Below are positions 1 through 9,202 of a DNA stretch of 64,000 bases, in pieces. The stretch spans positions 1 to 64,000 of the IMG/VR virus record IMGVR_UViG_3300043013_000026, one strand, 5' to 3'. Each line of letters starts with the position of its first letter. Within the stretch, counting starts at the first letter, position 1. The notes beneath the pieces were generated by a model. That model was not told where the DNA came from and did no database searches. It worked only from the letters and a program-made list of their open reading frames with translations. The position numbers were made by a program, and so were the translations under genes. Origin of the DNA: a virus. Lineage: Duplodnaviria; Caudoviricetes.

Positions 1-170
1 GCGCAGGTCTTGCGCACACCACATTGCGCACAGGGCTAAGCCCCACGCACGATGTCACGAGCACACGTCAATGCGAGCGCAGGTCTTGCGCACACCACAT
101 TGCGCACAGGGCTAAGCCCCACGCACGATGTCACGAGCACACGTCAATGCGAGCGCAGGTCTTGCGCACA
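1..170. repeat. 76-bp perfect tandem repeat, 2 full copies plus an 18-bp partial third; may continue upstream of the window
   Basis: Unit GCGCAGGTCTTGCGCACACCAC...CACACGTCAATGCGA at 1-76 and 77-152; GCGCAGGTCTTGCGCACA again at 153-170. Confidence 0.95.
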
Positions 171-870
171 GGCGTATTATGCGCAGGCACGTTGTGGGCG
201 TATGGGCGTAAGTGTGCGCTTGCACCTACGCGACCGTGTACGGGCACATTATGCGCGTAGGCATACCTGAGCGCCCACGTAAGCGTCACGCACTTACACG
301 CAGGCACACACATACACCCAGACGCACGCATGATGGTGGGCGCACATTATGCCCACGCACCATTACGCGAGCGCACGTTAAGCGTCCACGCCCACGATGT
401 TGCGCTCGCCAACCCTCACGCGCATGGTTGTGGGCACGCATTATGCACGGGTGCAACGGTGCGCACACGGTTGCGTTACGTGCGCCCAACTACGCACACG
501 CCTTCACACATACGCACGCGATTATTTCGCGCCCACACACATTACGCGCAGCCACGCGATTACGGGCGCCAACACGCACACATACCCACACACACGTACT
601 TGCGCACCTGCACGCAGTTCCGCACGCCCACACACGACCGCACGCAGACGGGTTACGCACGTGGCCACGCCCTACGCACGCAAGCTCGCACCCTTTCGCG
701 CCCACGTTTGCAAGCGGGCGGGCGAACCGCGAGCGCACACCTTCGAGCACATACGCGAAGCCTACCGCGTGCCTGGGTGTGGGTATGTGTGCAAGGGCGC
801 AGACGGGGTGCTAAACCGTGCGCACACATACGCGATTGTTCATCACGGGTGCGCGAGGATGCGAGTCCAC
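171..870. other. Non-coding low-complexity tract rich in alternating purine-pyrimidine words (CACACG, GCGCAC, TACGCA, CATTAYGC)
   Basis: Composition sharply unlike the rest of the window; all overlapping ORFs are His/Thr/Arg/Ala low-complexity artefacts. Confidence 0.8.
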
Positions 871-1053
871 ACGTAAGCGAGCTAACTTGCTGAAAATCAG
901 CGAGTTACGGCATTTTGGCTCACTTGGGCGCAAGGCGCATATTTGCGAGCGAGCCAAAACCGTGCGGGCGCACACGCAAGATTGAGTTTCACTTTTGCAC
1001 AAAGTGAAAGTGCCTAAGCCGTTGATTTTCAGCGAGTTGGCTTGCGTGTGCGC
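868..1053. repeat. Cluster of nested inverted repeats
   Basis: 877-899/1023-1045 (20 of 23 match), 883-907 palindrome, 913-921/951-959, 968-980/1041-1053 (13 bp perfect), 987-995/1001-1009. Confidence 0.85.
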
Positions 1054-1463
1054 GATTAAAAATACGCGGGTGGGTGTATGCGTGGGTGGGGATTCCATAT
1101 ATATACTCCACGAAAATTTTCTAAATCTCGTTTTCCGGAAAGCTCAACCAAAAAGCTGGGAACAAACGCAAACCTCCCAGTACCTCGACCAGCAGTCTAA
1201 CCCTTCTTAACAGAAATCCTGGGTATCTAAGCCATGTTCCGCTCCGAAATTTATTGTTAAGACGAAAATCCTCCCAGTACACCTTATTATATATATAGAA
1301 GCCATTGTCCGGCGGTCGTTGCCATAAATTTTCGACCTTGCTCCTATAAGTTCTCTAAATGTCAAATCCAAAAATTTTCCCCGACCCAGAAATTTGAATC
1401 CGATTTTTGGCTAAATTTTCTCACAAATCGCGATTTCTATCCGACACTCTCAGAAATTATCCT

Positions 1464-1471
1464 TATATTTG
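1464..1471 (+). promoter_or_regulatory. Bacteroidota sigma-A -7 promoter element (TAnnTTTG)
   Basis: TATATTTG 33 nt upstream of ATG 1505. Confidence 0.6.
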
Positions 1472-1504
1472 CCGAAAAGTTGATAAATTCAAAATCTTAC
1501 GGCA

Positions 1505-2476
1505 ATGAAATCACAGTTTCAGACCCTCTCATTTCTCTCTAATTACACTCCAAAATCGGATCTCGACCAGGAGTTCATAGAGTCGTTCTTGGTACAACGG
1601 TTCCAAATTACCCCAAGAACGCTCAGAAACGCCCCAAATTTCTCGTCTAACACCATTGACGTTAGTTCCTTCATCCAGTGGTTTGAAAGCGGCTTAGAAG
1701 CGCTTAAAATCGCTCGTTTCCAAAACAGCCTTGTAATACTGGGTAATTGTGCCCTCGAAAAGTGCGAAATCATTGGAACGTTGCTGGAAGATGGCACTGT
1801 AAATACTAAACCCCACTCAGTACCCCCTTCAGAAATCTCTCCGGCATCTGCGGACGATATTGAAACCTTTCAGTCAGCCTTACTAACGAACAAGCTTCAA
1901 CCCGACCCAAACAAGCTGCGCCTCGTTCCCAAACATATTCCAAACCTGGGAGAACGGGTTATCTTCTATGATTACGCTCAGGAAGTACAAGGCGTTGGAG
2001 TAGTTCGTAACGTGACTCCTGAAGGTAACGTAATCTTCTTTTGCTACTTTACCTACCCGACCTATTCCCAGAAACGCCGCATAGGTTTCTCGCTATATGA
2101 AGACCCCGGCTATAATTTGCGCTCAATGGTTTTTGAAAGCATCGACCGTGAAAACATTCAAACAACATTGGGAAACTCCACCAGTTGTTTCAGACGATTA
2201 GGCAGAGAGCTTGAACGAGAAGGAAAAGTCTGGAAAGATAAGTTACTCCGCATCGAACCGCTCAATGTAAAGACGGATAAGGGCGGCAAGTATTGGTATA
2301 TCTCTGACAAGCTAAAGGTGGTCATGGAAAACGAGAAAGGAACACCGACATCACATCTAAGGTATCTTGCCGGTAATTATTTCACTTCGCATAAAGCTGC
2401 CACACAAATGCTGGGTAAGTTAAACGAATTGCTAAGAGATTACCTTGCATCTCCAAAGTGGCCCGAAGTAGAATAA
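1505..2476 (+). CDS. Hypothetical protein, 323 aa
   Basis: Long ORF with upstream promoter element and downstream terminator; no family recognised. Confidence 0.8.
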   Translation: MKSQFQTLSFLSNYTPKSDLDQEFIESFLVQRFQITPRTLRNAPNFSSNTIDVSSFIQWFESGLEALKIARFQNSLVILGNCALEKCEIIGTLLEDGTVNTKPHSVPPSEISPASADDIETFQSALLTNKLQPDPNKLRLVPKHIPNLGERVIFYDYAQEVQGVGVVRNVTPEGNVIFFCYFTYPTYSQKRRIGFSLYEDPGYNLRSMVFESIDRENIQTTLGNSTSCFRRLGRELEREGKVWKDKLLRIEPLNVKTDKGGKYWYISDKLKVVMENEKGTPTSHLRYLAGNYFTSHKAATQMLGKLNELLRDYLASPKWPEVE

Positions 2477-2544
2477 CCGAAAACTGGGAAATATTTGAAA
2501 ACTTCTCTATCTTTCCCTATTATTTCCCAATCCAAGAAAACAAA

Positions 2545-2587
2545 TAAACGCCCCACTTGACCAGCCGGAGGTCTTATGGGGCGTTTA
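2545..2587. terminator. Probable bidirectional intrinsic terminator between convergent genes
   Basis: TAAACGCCCCA / TGGGGCGTTTA 11-bp inverted repeat with inner GACC/GGTC pairing. Confidence 0.65.
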
Positions 2588-2609
2588 CCAATTTACTATG
2601 AACTATGAA

Positions 2610-4712
2610 TTACTGTAATGCTTCATGTGAAAGGCTGCTTAGATAACCGTTACGTTCATTCCATTCAACGATTGTCTCAGCTGAGAATATGAAGGCTTTC
2701 TTGTGAATACCTTCAATGGGCTTGTATTTGGTGCTTAGAACGCTTGTAAACTCATTATAGCCTACAGACGGTAAACTGTAACACCAAGGCTTCAAAAGAT
2801 GATCTGGGAGTCCTCCACCGCTTTCTAAGGACGTTCCCTTATCGTCGGTGAACTCGTTTATGACATTATCATCACCCAGGACCACAAAAGTATCGTAGAA
2901 GTTTCGTACCGCTGCTTCCATAGGGGTTAAGCTGGAAGTGTCAATATCAGAAGCCAGAAGAAGATTGACGAGCTTCTTGTTATAACCGGTCTTAACCTTC
3001 TTATCTTCTTTGCCGGGTGTATAGACATCCTTCGCTTCAATGTCATAGAATTTGTCGATGGCAATCCTCAAAGCTGGGATTGATTTGTCCTGCATTGTGC
3101 AAGGAGTCCACTGGAATATTTCGTATGGGTTGAAATCTTCAAACGAGCTGAACGAGAATTTAACCTCCCATTCGTTGTGGTCTCCATAAACGTACCGACC
3201 TTGTTCAACCGCTCCGAGTAAATCCTCATAAACGTTCTTTGCAAGCTGGTAGATTTCATCCTGTGGTAACGGAGCGCCAATCATCTCCTTCCAGTCACAA
3301 GTCTGGGGTTCATCTTCCACCTCACCTTCTTCATCAATTTTTAGAGAAGGCTGGTAGTGGTCACAGTACAGATCGAAGATGCCCCACCAGAATTGATATA
3401 GGAAGAAATCTACTGGGGATTTGACAACCTCATCTAAACACTCTACAATCTCCTTAACCTTTTCAACCTTTAAGAACGGTTTATTGCGATAAGAGTTTTT
3501 TGCCCTTAAAGAACGCTCGGCTCTTTTTAAGACTTGCTGGGAATGTTCATCGACCTCTGCTTGAAAATTTTCTTTAACATCTTCTGAAGGTTCATCAAGA
3601 TTTAAGACCTCAACCTTTCCAAAACCTTCAAAACCTTTTAAAACCTCCTCCTTTTTTTCTTCTTGAAAATTTTCCTCTCCCCCTTTATTTCTTTTTACGT
3701 TATATATATTATTACTGGTGCGTAAAAATACGCAGGTTTTTGGGGTCAAGGTGCGTATAAATACGCAGGTGGGGTGCGTATAAATACGCAGGTTTTCGAG
3801 CTCGTTTTTGAGTTGATTCGGCACTTTTCCGGTCGAAAATGAGTATTCCAGCAGTTCAATATCGTGTGAAGTGGCATCGGAAATGTCGAAATTGGTACAA
3901 AACTCCTCGAAATTACACAGCTCACTGCAAAAATACGCAATTTGCACTGCTGTTTCGACCAAGTTGCGTATAAATACGCAGGTTTCCTCAGTAAGCTGGA
4001 TAACTTCATCCTGTTGTAGGGTGCGTAAAAATACGCAGTTTTGCACTTCAGGAGTTGAAAGTTGCGTATTTATACGCAGGTCAGTTGCGTATTTATACGC
4101 AGTTTCCGGGTTCGCAACATCAGAATTGCGTATTTTTACGCAGGTTTCGGAATCTGTTTCTGAAAACTGCGTATTTTTACGCAAGTTGCGTATTTCTACG
4201 CAGTTTTCAACTTCGCTTTCCGAAAGTTGCGTATTTCTACGCAGGTTTTCGCTTTGTAACGATATTGAGCTGCCACTCATGCCCAGAAGCTCAACTCTGC
4301 TTTCTCCTTTTACACAGAGTCCGTACTTTGGTAATATGGCTACACCTTCGGTCGCAAAGCTTTTGGCGAACTCTATTTTTTGAGCACGCTCCAAAGTTTC
4401 GTAATATTGCACGACCGTAACGTACTCATCGCAACAAACGGTGATGGCGTTAGGGAATCGCTTAATCAATCCCAGCGATTCAAGTTTTTTGATACTGGCA
4501 GGAATTGTCCTGTCTCGGTTCAAGCCCGTAAATTGGGCCAGCCTGCTTGTCGAAATGAATATGGTTTGATCGTCCAACGATTTTCTCAGTTGTTCGCGAA
4601 CAAGGTCAATGAGACACTGAAAAAGTACTCGGTCACTTGTGTTCGTGATGAGTTGGTTGTTCGCGTGATAGTGCAAACCATATCCGGCTACTTGCGGTTT
4701 GTCTATTTTCAT
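2610..4712 (-). CDS. Putative replication initiator / replisome organiser with N-terminal winged HTH, 700 aa
   Basis: HTH-like ISTSRLAQFTGLNRDRTIPASIKKLESLGLIKR; internal iteron-like DNA repeats as in lambda O-type initiators. Confidence 0.55.
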   Translation of the reverse strand: MKIDKPQVAGYGLHYHANNQLITNTSDRVLFQCLIDLVREQLRKSLDDQTIFISTSRLAQFTGLNRDRTIPASIKKLESLGLIKRFPNAITVCCDEYVTVVQYYETLERAQKIEFAKSFATEGVAILPKYGLCVKGESRVELLGMSGSSISLQSENLRRNTQLSESEVENCVEIRNLRKNTQFSETDSETCVKIRNSDVANPETAYKYATDLRINTQLSTPEVQNCVFLRTLQQDEVIQLTEETCVFIRNLVETAVQIAYFCSELCNFEEFCTNFDISDATSHDIELLEYSFSTGKVPNQLKNELENLRIYTHPTCVFIRTLTPKTCVFLRTSNNIYNVKRNKGGEENFQEEKKEEVLKGFEGFGKVEVLNLDEPSEDVKENFQAEVDEHSQQVLKRAERSLRAKNSYRNKPFLKVEKVKEIVECLDEVVKSPVDFFLYQFWWGIFDLYCDHYQPSLKIDEEGEVEDEPQTCDWKEMIGAPLPQDEIYQLAKNVYEDLLGAVEQGRYVYGDHNEWEVKFSFSSFEDFNPYEIFQWTPCTMQDKSIPALRIAIDKFYDIEAKDVYTPGKEDKKVKTGYNKKLVNLLLASDIDTSSLTPMEAAVRNFYDTFVVLGDDNVINEFTDDKGTSLESGGGLPDHLLKPWCYSLPSVGYNEFTSVLSTKYKPIEGIHKKAFIFSAETIVEWNERNGYLSSLSHEALQ
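3719..4243. repeat. Array of 11 palindromic 16-mers TGCGTA-N4-TACGCA (iteron-like, candidate origin)
   Basis: Copies start at 3719, 3752, 3775, 3965, 4022, 4063, 4086, 4127, 4168, 4187, 4228; degenerate copy near 3926; AT-rich tract at about 3650-3715. Confidence 0.9.
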
Positions 4713-4721
4713 TGCTGATAA

Positions 4722-4922
4722 TTAAAATTGTTCATTTTGGTGCATCATGTACTGGCGTAAGCACGGAGGTAAGTAACTCTTGTCAGCTTGATGCTTTTCA
4801 CATACTTTTCTGTAAGGGCAATCCTCACAGGCGCTTTCTTGAATTGCAGTCATAAGTGCGAAAAATCCGATGACGATGATTAGCACAAAGACAACTGTGA
4901 TAATGATTAGTAGAGCTTTCAT
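4722..4922 (-). CDS. Small membrane-anchored protein with Cys cluster, 66 aa
   Basis: Hydrophobic N-terminus, CEDCPY...C...C motif, overlaps stop of upstream ORF. Confidence 0.6.
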   Translation of the reverse strand: MKALLIIITVVFVLIIVIGFFALMTAIQESACEDCPYRKVCEKHQADKSYLPPCLRQYMMHQNEQF

Positions 4923-5332
4923 TGTGATACTGATTGTTGGTCTATTATTTCTCTGAGATGAGCAATCAGTTTCTCCAGCTCGAAGGCTTTCTTGTATTCC
5001 TCATCCTCTACGGCGCAGTCTTTAATGTCTTCCATCAGCGGTATCATGCAAACCACAATGTGCTGGAGGGCATAACCTGTGTCGTTCATATAAGCATCGC
5101 CGGTCTTGAAATATTCCGTTAATGCTTTGCAAATTTGATTGAGAGCGTCAATGGTGTTCTTCTCAATCCGGTCGCAGGACTCTGCGTATCGCATTACTGT
5201 GTTTAGCGAGTTAGCAATAGTCAGTAATGATTGGTACATATTTCTCTGGTAGATTTGAATTGAACGAACCTTCCAGAGAATCACGAAAAGCGTTGCGAAT
5301 AAAATCGCGTTAGTCAGAATTGCATAGTTCAT
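4919..5332 (-). CDS. Hypothetical protein with N-terminal transmembrane segment
   Basis: Probable start MNYAILTNAILFATLFVILW at 5332; operon packing. Confidence 0.6.
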   Translation of the reverse strand: MNYAILTNAILFATLFVILWKVRSIQIYQRNMYQSLLTIANSLNTVMRYAESCDRIEKNTIDALNQICKALTEYFKTGDAYMNDTGYALQHIVVCMIPLMEDIKDCAVEDEEYKKAFELEKLIAHLREIIDQQSVSQ

Positions 5333-5879
5333 ACTTATCAACAAAACTTGGGCAACATTCGCTGCCAATTACATATTTCTTGGGAATGGTATTCCACGGT
5401 TCGCCAGGCTCGGCTATATCGGCACGATACCACAGGCAGTGATAGCGGTCGAAGCAACCTTTAGAAAGACAAAACTCGGCACCGAAATATTTGATACGGT
5501 TGTACACGGTGCGAGAGATGAATTTGTATTGGTCGCGGAGAATAGTGCGGTTGAGCTTTTCTGGTACCTTACCACGGAGTATCAGTTCCTTTGTCGCAAA
5601 CAGGTTGAATGGGTCGTTGACATCAACGAGGAATTGCATTGCCTTTGCGGTAGAGGCTTGGTAGTTCGGTTTTCTTAGTGGCTGGGTGAGCTTATACACT
5701 GCGCCACTGATAACCAACGTGTCAGGCTCCGGATTATCCATCCAGCACTTCCAATACGCGCAATCAAAGCATAACTGTTCTCCTCTCATTCTGGTAACGA
5801 GCGGCGTTTTAATCATGCGATAGGGTTCAACATCCTCTCGCTTTCCACAAAATGAACAGGTGATAAAAGTCTGTGCCAT
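5310..5879 (-). CDS. Hypothetical Cys-rich (possible Zn-binding) protein, 189 aa
   Basis: CSFC, CFDC, CLSKGC, CCP motifs. Confidence 0.7.
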   Translation of the reverse strand: MAQTFITCSFCGKREDVEPYRMIKTPLVTRMRGEQLCFDCAYWKCWMDNPEPDTLVISGAVYKLTQPLRKPNYQASTAKAMQFLVDVNDPFNLFATKELILRGKVPEKLNRTILRDQYKFISRTVYNRIKYFGAEFCLSKGCFDRYHCLWYRADIAEPGEPWNTIPKKYVIGSECCPSFVDKYELCNSD

Positions 5880-5977
5880 GTCCTTGCGAGTATATTAGTC
5901 CGGCTAACGTCGGGAATGAATGATTGATTATGCAAAGGGCACAGGTTGGTGTGCTTCAATTTGAGTTCTCAGGATGA

Positions 5978-6565
5978 TTACATATTGATTGAGGCGTAAA
6001 TGCCGTCAACTTCTTCCTGAGTGATACCGATGTAGGTCTTAGTAACTTGAATGGTGCTGTGGTTAAGAATCTTGTTAAGAAGAATCAGACTCTCAGCACT
6101 ATGGTTGTTGCTGTCGTACACATAGCGTCCGAAAGTTTTGCGGAATGTATGTGTCGAGAAGTTTTCGATTTTCAGGTGATAGCGGTCTTTGAAATATTTG
6201 AGACGCTGGTTAATGTACTGGATGGTCATTGGTTGATCACCGCGACTTGACGGCATTACATAATCGCCTTTGTCGGGACAGCCAAGGAGCTTCCAGAGTT
6301 CATTGAAACTTTTCTGTACTGATGGGTTGAACGGGATGCGACGAGCCTTGCCGGTCTTTTGTTCAACGATAGTAACAGAAGATACCCCCAAGATGTCACG
6401 CCATTTGAATTGTAATGTATCAGAAGCACGGCAAGCTGTACAGAATGACAGGCGTGCATACATTTCCCAGCGGTATTCGCCATCTTGACGAAGACATTCC
6501 AGGAATCTCGTGAACTCATCATAAGGAAGATGGTCACTGGTTGTGAGTTGATTTTTCTTTGCCAT
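5978..6565 (-). CDS. Tyrosine recombinase, catalytic domain only (195 aa)
   Basis: R (CRASD), K (EQKTGK), HxxR (HTFRKT), H (LNHS), Y (TKTYIG) catalytic set. Confidence 0.9.
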   Translation of the reverse strand: MAKKNQLTTSDHLPYDEFTRFLECLRQDGEYRWEMYARLSFCTACRASDTLQFKWRDILGVSSVTIVEQKTGKARRIPFNPSVQKSFNELWKLLGCPDKGDYVMPSSRGDQPMTIQYINQRLKYFKDRYHLKIENFSTHTFRKTFGRYVYDSNNHSAESLILLNKILNHSTIQVTKTYIGITQEEVDGIYASINM

Positions 6566-6591
6566 ATCTTGATACTTTCATTTATGTGATG

Positions 6592-6599
6592 CAAAGGTA
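6592..6599 (-). promoter_or_regulatory. Bacteroidota -7 promoter element for the recombinase
   Basis: TACCTTTG on minus strand 26 nt upstream of start. Confidence 0.6.
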
Positions 6600-6676
6600 C
6601 AAATTGAAACTGATACTTCCAAAAGATTTTGGAAAAATCTATCCTTTTGCATTAATATTTTTTCAAGCAAACAGAA

Positions 6677-6713
6677 AACCACTGGCTGAAATTATACGTA
6701 ACAGCCAGTGGTT
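6677..6713 (-). terminator. Probable terminator after ligase
   Basis: AACCACTGGCTG / CAGCCAGTGGTT 12-bp inverted repeat, T run on minus strand. Confidence 0.6.
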
Positions 6714-6729
6714 CAGTGAAATGTGATAA

Positions 6730-8682
6730 TTATATGGTTTTGAAGCTCTCAATGGTAAAAATCGGGATGCCGAGGGCTTTCGCTTTCTCAGCTTTTCCTG
6801 ATGTTGTATTGAGGTCTGCGACGATGAGGTGAGTTGTCTTCTTAGAAACGCTGCTTACCACTTCGCCACCTTGTGCTGCGATTTCTGCTTCCAGCTCTTT
6901 GTCACGGACACCTGTGAAGCAGACCTTAAAACCTTGGTATTTATCACCAATAGGTTTAGCGGGTTCTTCCATAGGTAGCATGACCAGTTTGTTGGTTGCT
7001 ATAAAATCGTAGAACGGAACAATGCCTTTGAGGAATGATTGCAGTGTCTTATTGAGTGCCAAGAACTCCGGGGTTTGGTCAAAGCCTTCATTAGTCCTGA
7101 CGAGACCGTTGACAAAAGCGAAGCGGTCGCTTTCGGATAGTTCTAAAAGAATACTTTTGGCTTTGACTTGTCCAATGCCTTGGAAACAATCGCTGGCGTG
7201 CATGAGCTTGGTGAGTTCAACGCCTTCACGGATTTTCTTGTTGGCATCAAGTATAGCATTAGCAATCACTTCGCCAAAGGTATCAATTAGAAGCAGCTCA
7301 TCAAAGGTAATGTCAAGAATACGCCTGATGGAGTCATACCCGGCTTTGAACAATTTCGTAATTGTCTCCTCGCCGAGCTGCTCAGCTTCCAGAATGTTGT
7401 AGAAATGGATAATCTTAGCCAAACGTATGCCTGGACAGTCGGAATTTGTACAGATGAGCTCTACCTGCGTATCGTTCCACTTAGTAGGCTGACCGCAATC
7501 CGGACAATATAGGAGCTCATCACGCTGCTCGATCATTGTATCAGAGTCGGCTTCTTCCAGTACATTGAGAATTTTAGGTATCACACCGCCTGAGCGTGTA
7601 ACTGTAATCTTTGCACCTTTGCCAATGCCATTCTCGAAAATGTACTTGGCATTGTAACCTGTGGGACACTCCATTGTGCAATCTCCTGTGTTGACCGCTT
7701 CAATGTTGACTACCGGCTTTAATGCGCCGGCTTTGCTAATTTTCCAGTCCACTCCTTTGACGGTCGTCTCAAACACGTCAGTAAAGTCGGGGTGTTTGTA
7801 GGCGATAGCATAGAGAGGATTGCCGGTTGTCTGTTGACGACCGATAGTGTCCCAAAGATTGAGGTCGTTGAGATAGATTACAAGTCCGTCGATGTAATAT
7901 AACTTGCGCCACTCTTGGAATAGTTCCATAAGCATAGCGTCATCCAGTTCGTTGACGGTAATCGTTTTTCCGAGATATGGCTGATTGAAAACGTCGCAAA
8001 GTTCACGATACAATGCTTCGTATGTGCTGAAGTTGCCAAGGTCGCCTTCGCCAATGCCATACCTGAAGAATTGCAAGAACCTGATTTTGTCTGAAGCATC
8101 ATCACGATTGATGAAGCCTGCGACTGTGTTACGTGGTGAGCGGTATGGTTCGCCTGTGGCGTCTGATACTTGACCTACAAAGTTGGCTTCCCAGCTTGCT
8201 CTACTGAAGACAAGCTCACCAAAGGTGAACTCAGGCGATAACTGTTCGTTGCCCCAAGGGTTCTTCTTATCGAAGTTTCCTTTGAGATAATGCTGGGTGC
8301 AAATCTGCCCTTCGTTGTCAGCACCGCCACGAGAATATGTAGCACCGGTTCTTTCATCGTGTAGCCAAGATATGCCATCGAATTTAGGATTGATGACGAG
8401 TTTGGCGGTTTCAGGGAGAGCCAGTGACTTCATCCATTGTTTTACCTCATTCAAAGATTTTGCTTTGTTGAGAGATTTCATAGGATGAGGCAGCTTGACT
8501 TTTCTACCTTTGCCTACTGTGGCAGGCTCTGTGTGCTTGAACCAATCATTTTCCGGATCAAGCGCTCTCAGTTCATCCATCTCTTTGTCATATTCCGCAT
8601 CAGATATGACCGGGTTGCCGGCCCTGTATGCTTCGTTATGAGCTTTGATGGAGGCGAGTAGTTGGTCTATTTTATTGCTCAT
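6730..8682 (-). CDS. ligA: NAD+-dependent DNA ligase
   Basis: YRAGNPVISDAEYD, KFDG adenylation motif, SRGG, RSGGVIPKI, Zn finger CPDC...CTNSDC, C-terminal BRCT (VCFTG...SVSKKT); start likely MSNKIDQ at 8682. Confidence 0.95.
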   Translation of the reverse strand: MSNKIDQLLASIKAHNEAYRAGNPVISDAEYDKEMDELRALDPENDWFKHTEPATVGKGRKVKLPHPMKSLNKAKSLNEVKQWMKSLALPETAKLVINPKFDGISWLHDERTGATYSRGGADNEGQICTQHYLKGNFDKKNPWGNEQLSPEFTFGELVFSRASWEANFVGQVSDATGEPYRSPRNTVAGFINRDDASDKIRFLQFFRYGIGEGDLGNFSTYEALYRELCDVFNQPYLGKTITVNELDDAMLMELFQEWRKLYYIDGLVIYLNDLNLWDTIGRQQTTGNPLYAIAYKHPDFTDVFETTVKGVDWKISKAGALKPVVNIEAVNTGDCTMECPTGYNAKYIFENGIGKGAKITVTRSGGVIPKILNVLEEADSDTMIEQRDELLYCPDCGQPTKWNDTQVELICTNSDCPGIRLAKIIHFYNILEAEQLGEETITKLFKAGYDSIRRILDITFDELLLIDTFGEVIANAILDANKKIREGVELTKLMHASDCFQGIGQVKAKSILLELSESDRFAFVNGLVRTNEGFDQTPEFLALNKTLQSFLKGIVPFYDFIATNKLVMLPMEEPAKPIGDKYQGFKVCFTGVRDKELEAEIAAQGGEVVSSVSKKTTHLIVADLNTTSGKAEKAKALGIPIFTIESFKTI

Positions 8683-8731
8683 AATTAATGATAAGGGCGC
8701 ACCAAAAGATGCGCCCATTTTAGAGTGAATA

Positions 8732-9202
8732 TTAGTGAGTGCCCGTTGATTCAAAGCCACCCTCTCCGCGAGTGGTATCATCCAGTTCGTCAACAACGGT
8801 GAAATCACCGCTATAGTGAACTTCGATAACCATCTGAGCGATACGGGTGCCGGCAGTTACCATAAACGGTTTCTTTTCACAGCTCTTGACGATGACACCG
8901 ACATTGCCGCGATAGTCTGCATCCAGTGTACCTTGGATGACATCGGCGTTGAAACGCTTAGGAATTTTCTTGTAACCTGTCTCGGTAAGTTCGTGACCCT
9001 CGAAGCCTTTAGCTGCAAAGCCTGAACGAGGGCGAATGTGACCTTCTTGACCAGCGCCGAGAGCGATGGAGATGTCAAGAGGAACAATGTTACGACCGGG
9101 CTCTATGATTGTGTCATTGGGAACATACAGGTCATAGCCGGCAGAGAACTGTGTGCCTCTGGTAGGCACTTTGGCTCCAGGTGAGAGTAATTTGATATTC
9201 AT
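8732..9202 (-). CDS. dut: dUTPase (trimeric type)
   Basis: SAGYDL, IRPRSG, GTLDADYRG, RIAQMV, RGEGGFESTG motifs. Confidence 0.95.
   Translation of the reverse strand: MNIKLLSPGAKVPTRGTQFSAGYDLYVPNDTIIEPGRNIVPLDISIALGAGQEGHIRPRSGFAAKGFEGHELTETGYKKIPKRFNADVIQGTLDADYRGNVGVIVKSCEKKPFMVTAGTRIAQMVIEVHYSGDFTVVDELDDTTRGEGGFESTGTH

Noticed and set aside
1-170. 76-bp repeats as a CRISPR array
   Set aside because: Units are fully identical with no unique spacers; no cas genes
24-1210. Many overlapping 66-200 aa ORFs at the left end
   Set aside because: Low-complexity H/T/R/A translations arising from a stop-poor RY-repeat tract; no protein-like features
3719-4243. 16-bp palindromic repeats as a mini-CRISPR
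   Set aside because: Repeats too short, gaps irregular (3 to >170 bp), orientation flips, located inside a long ORF
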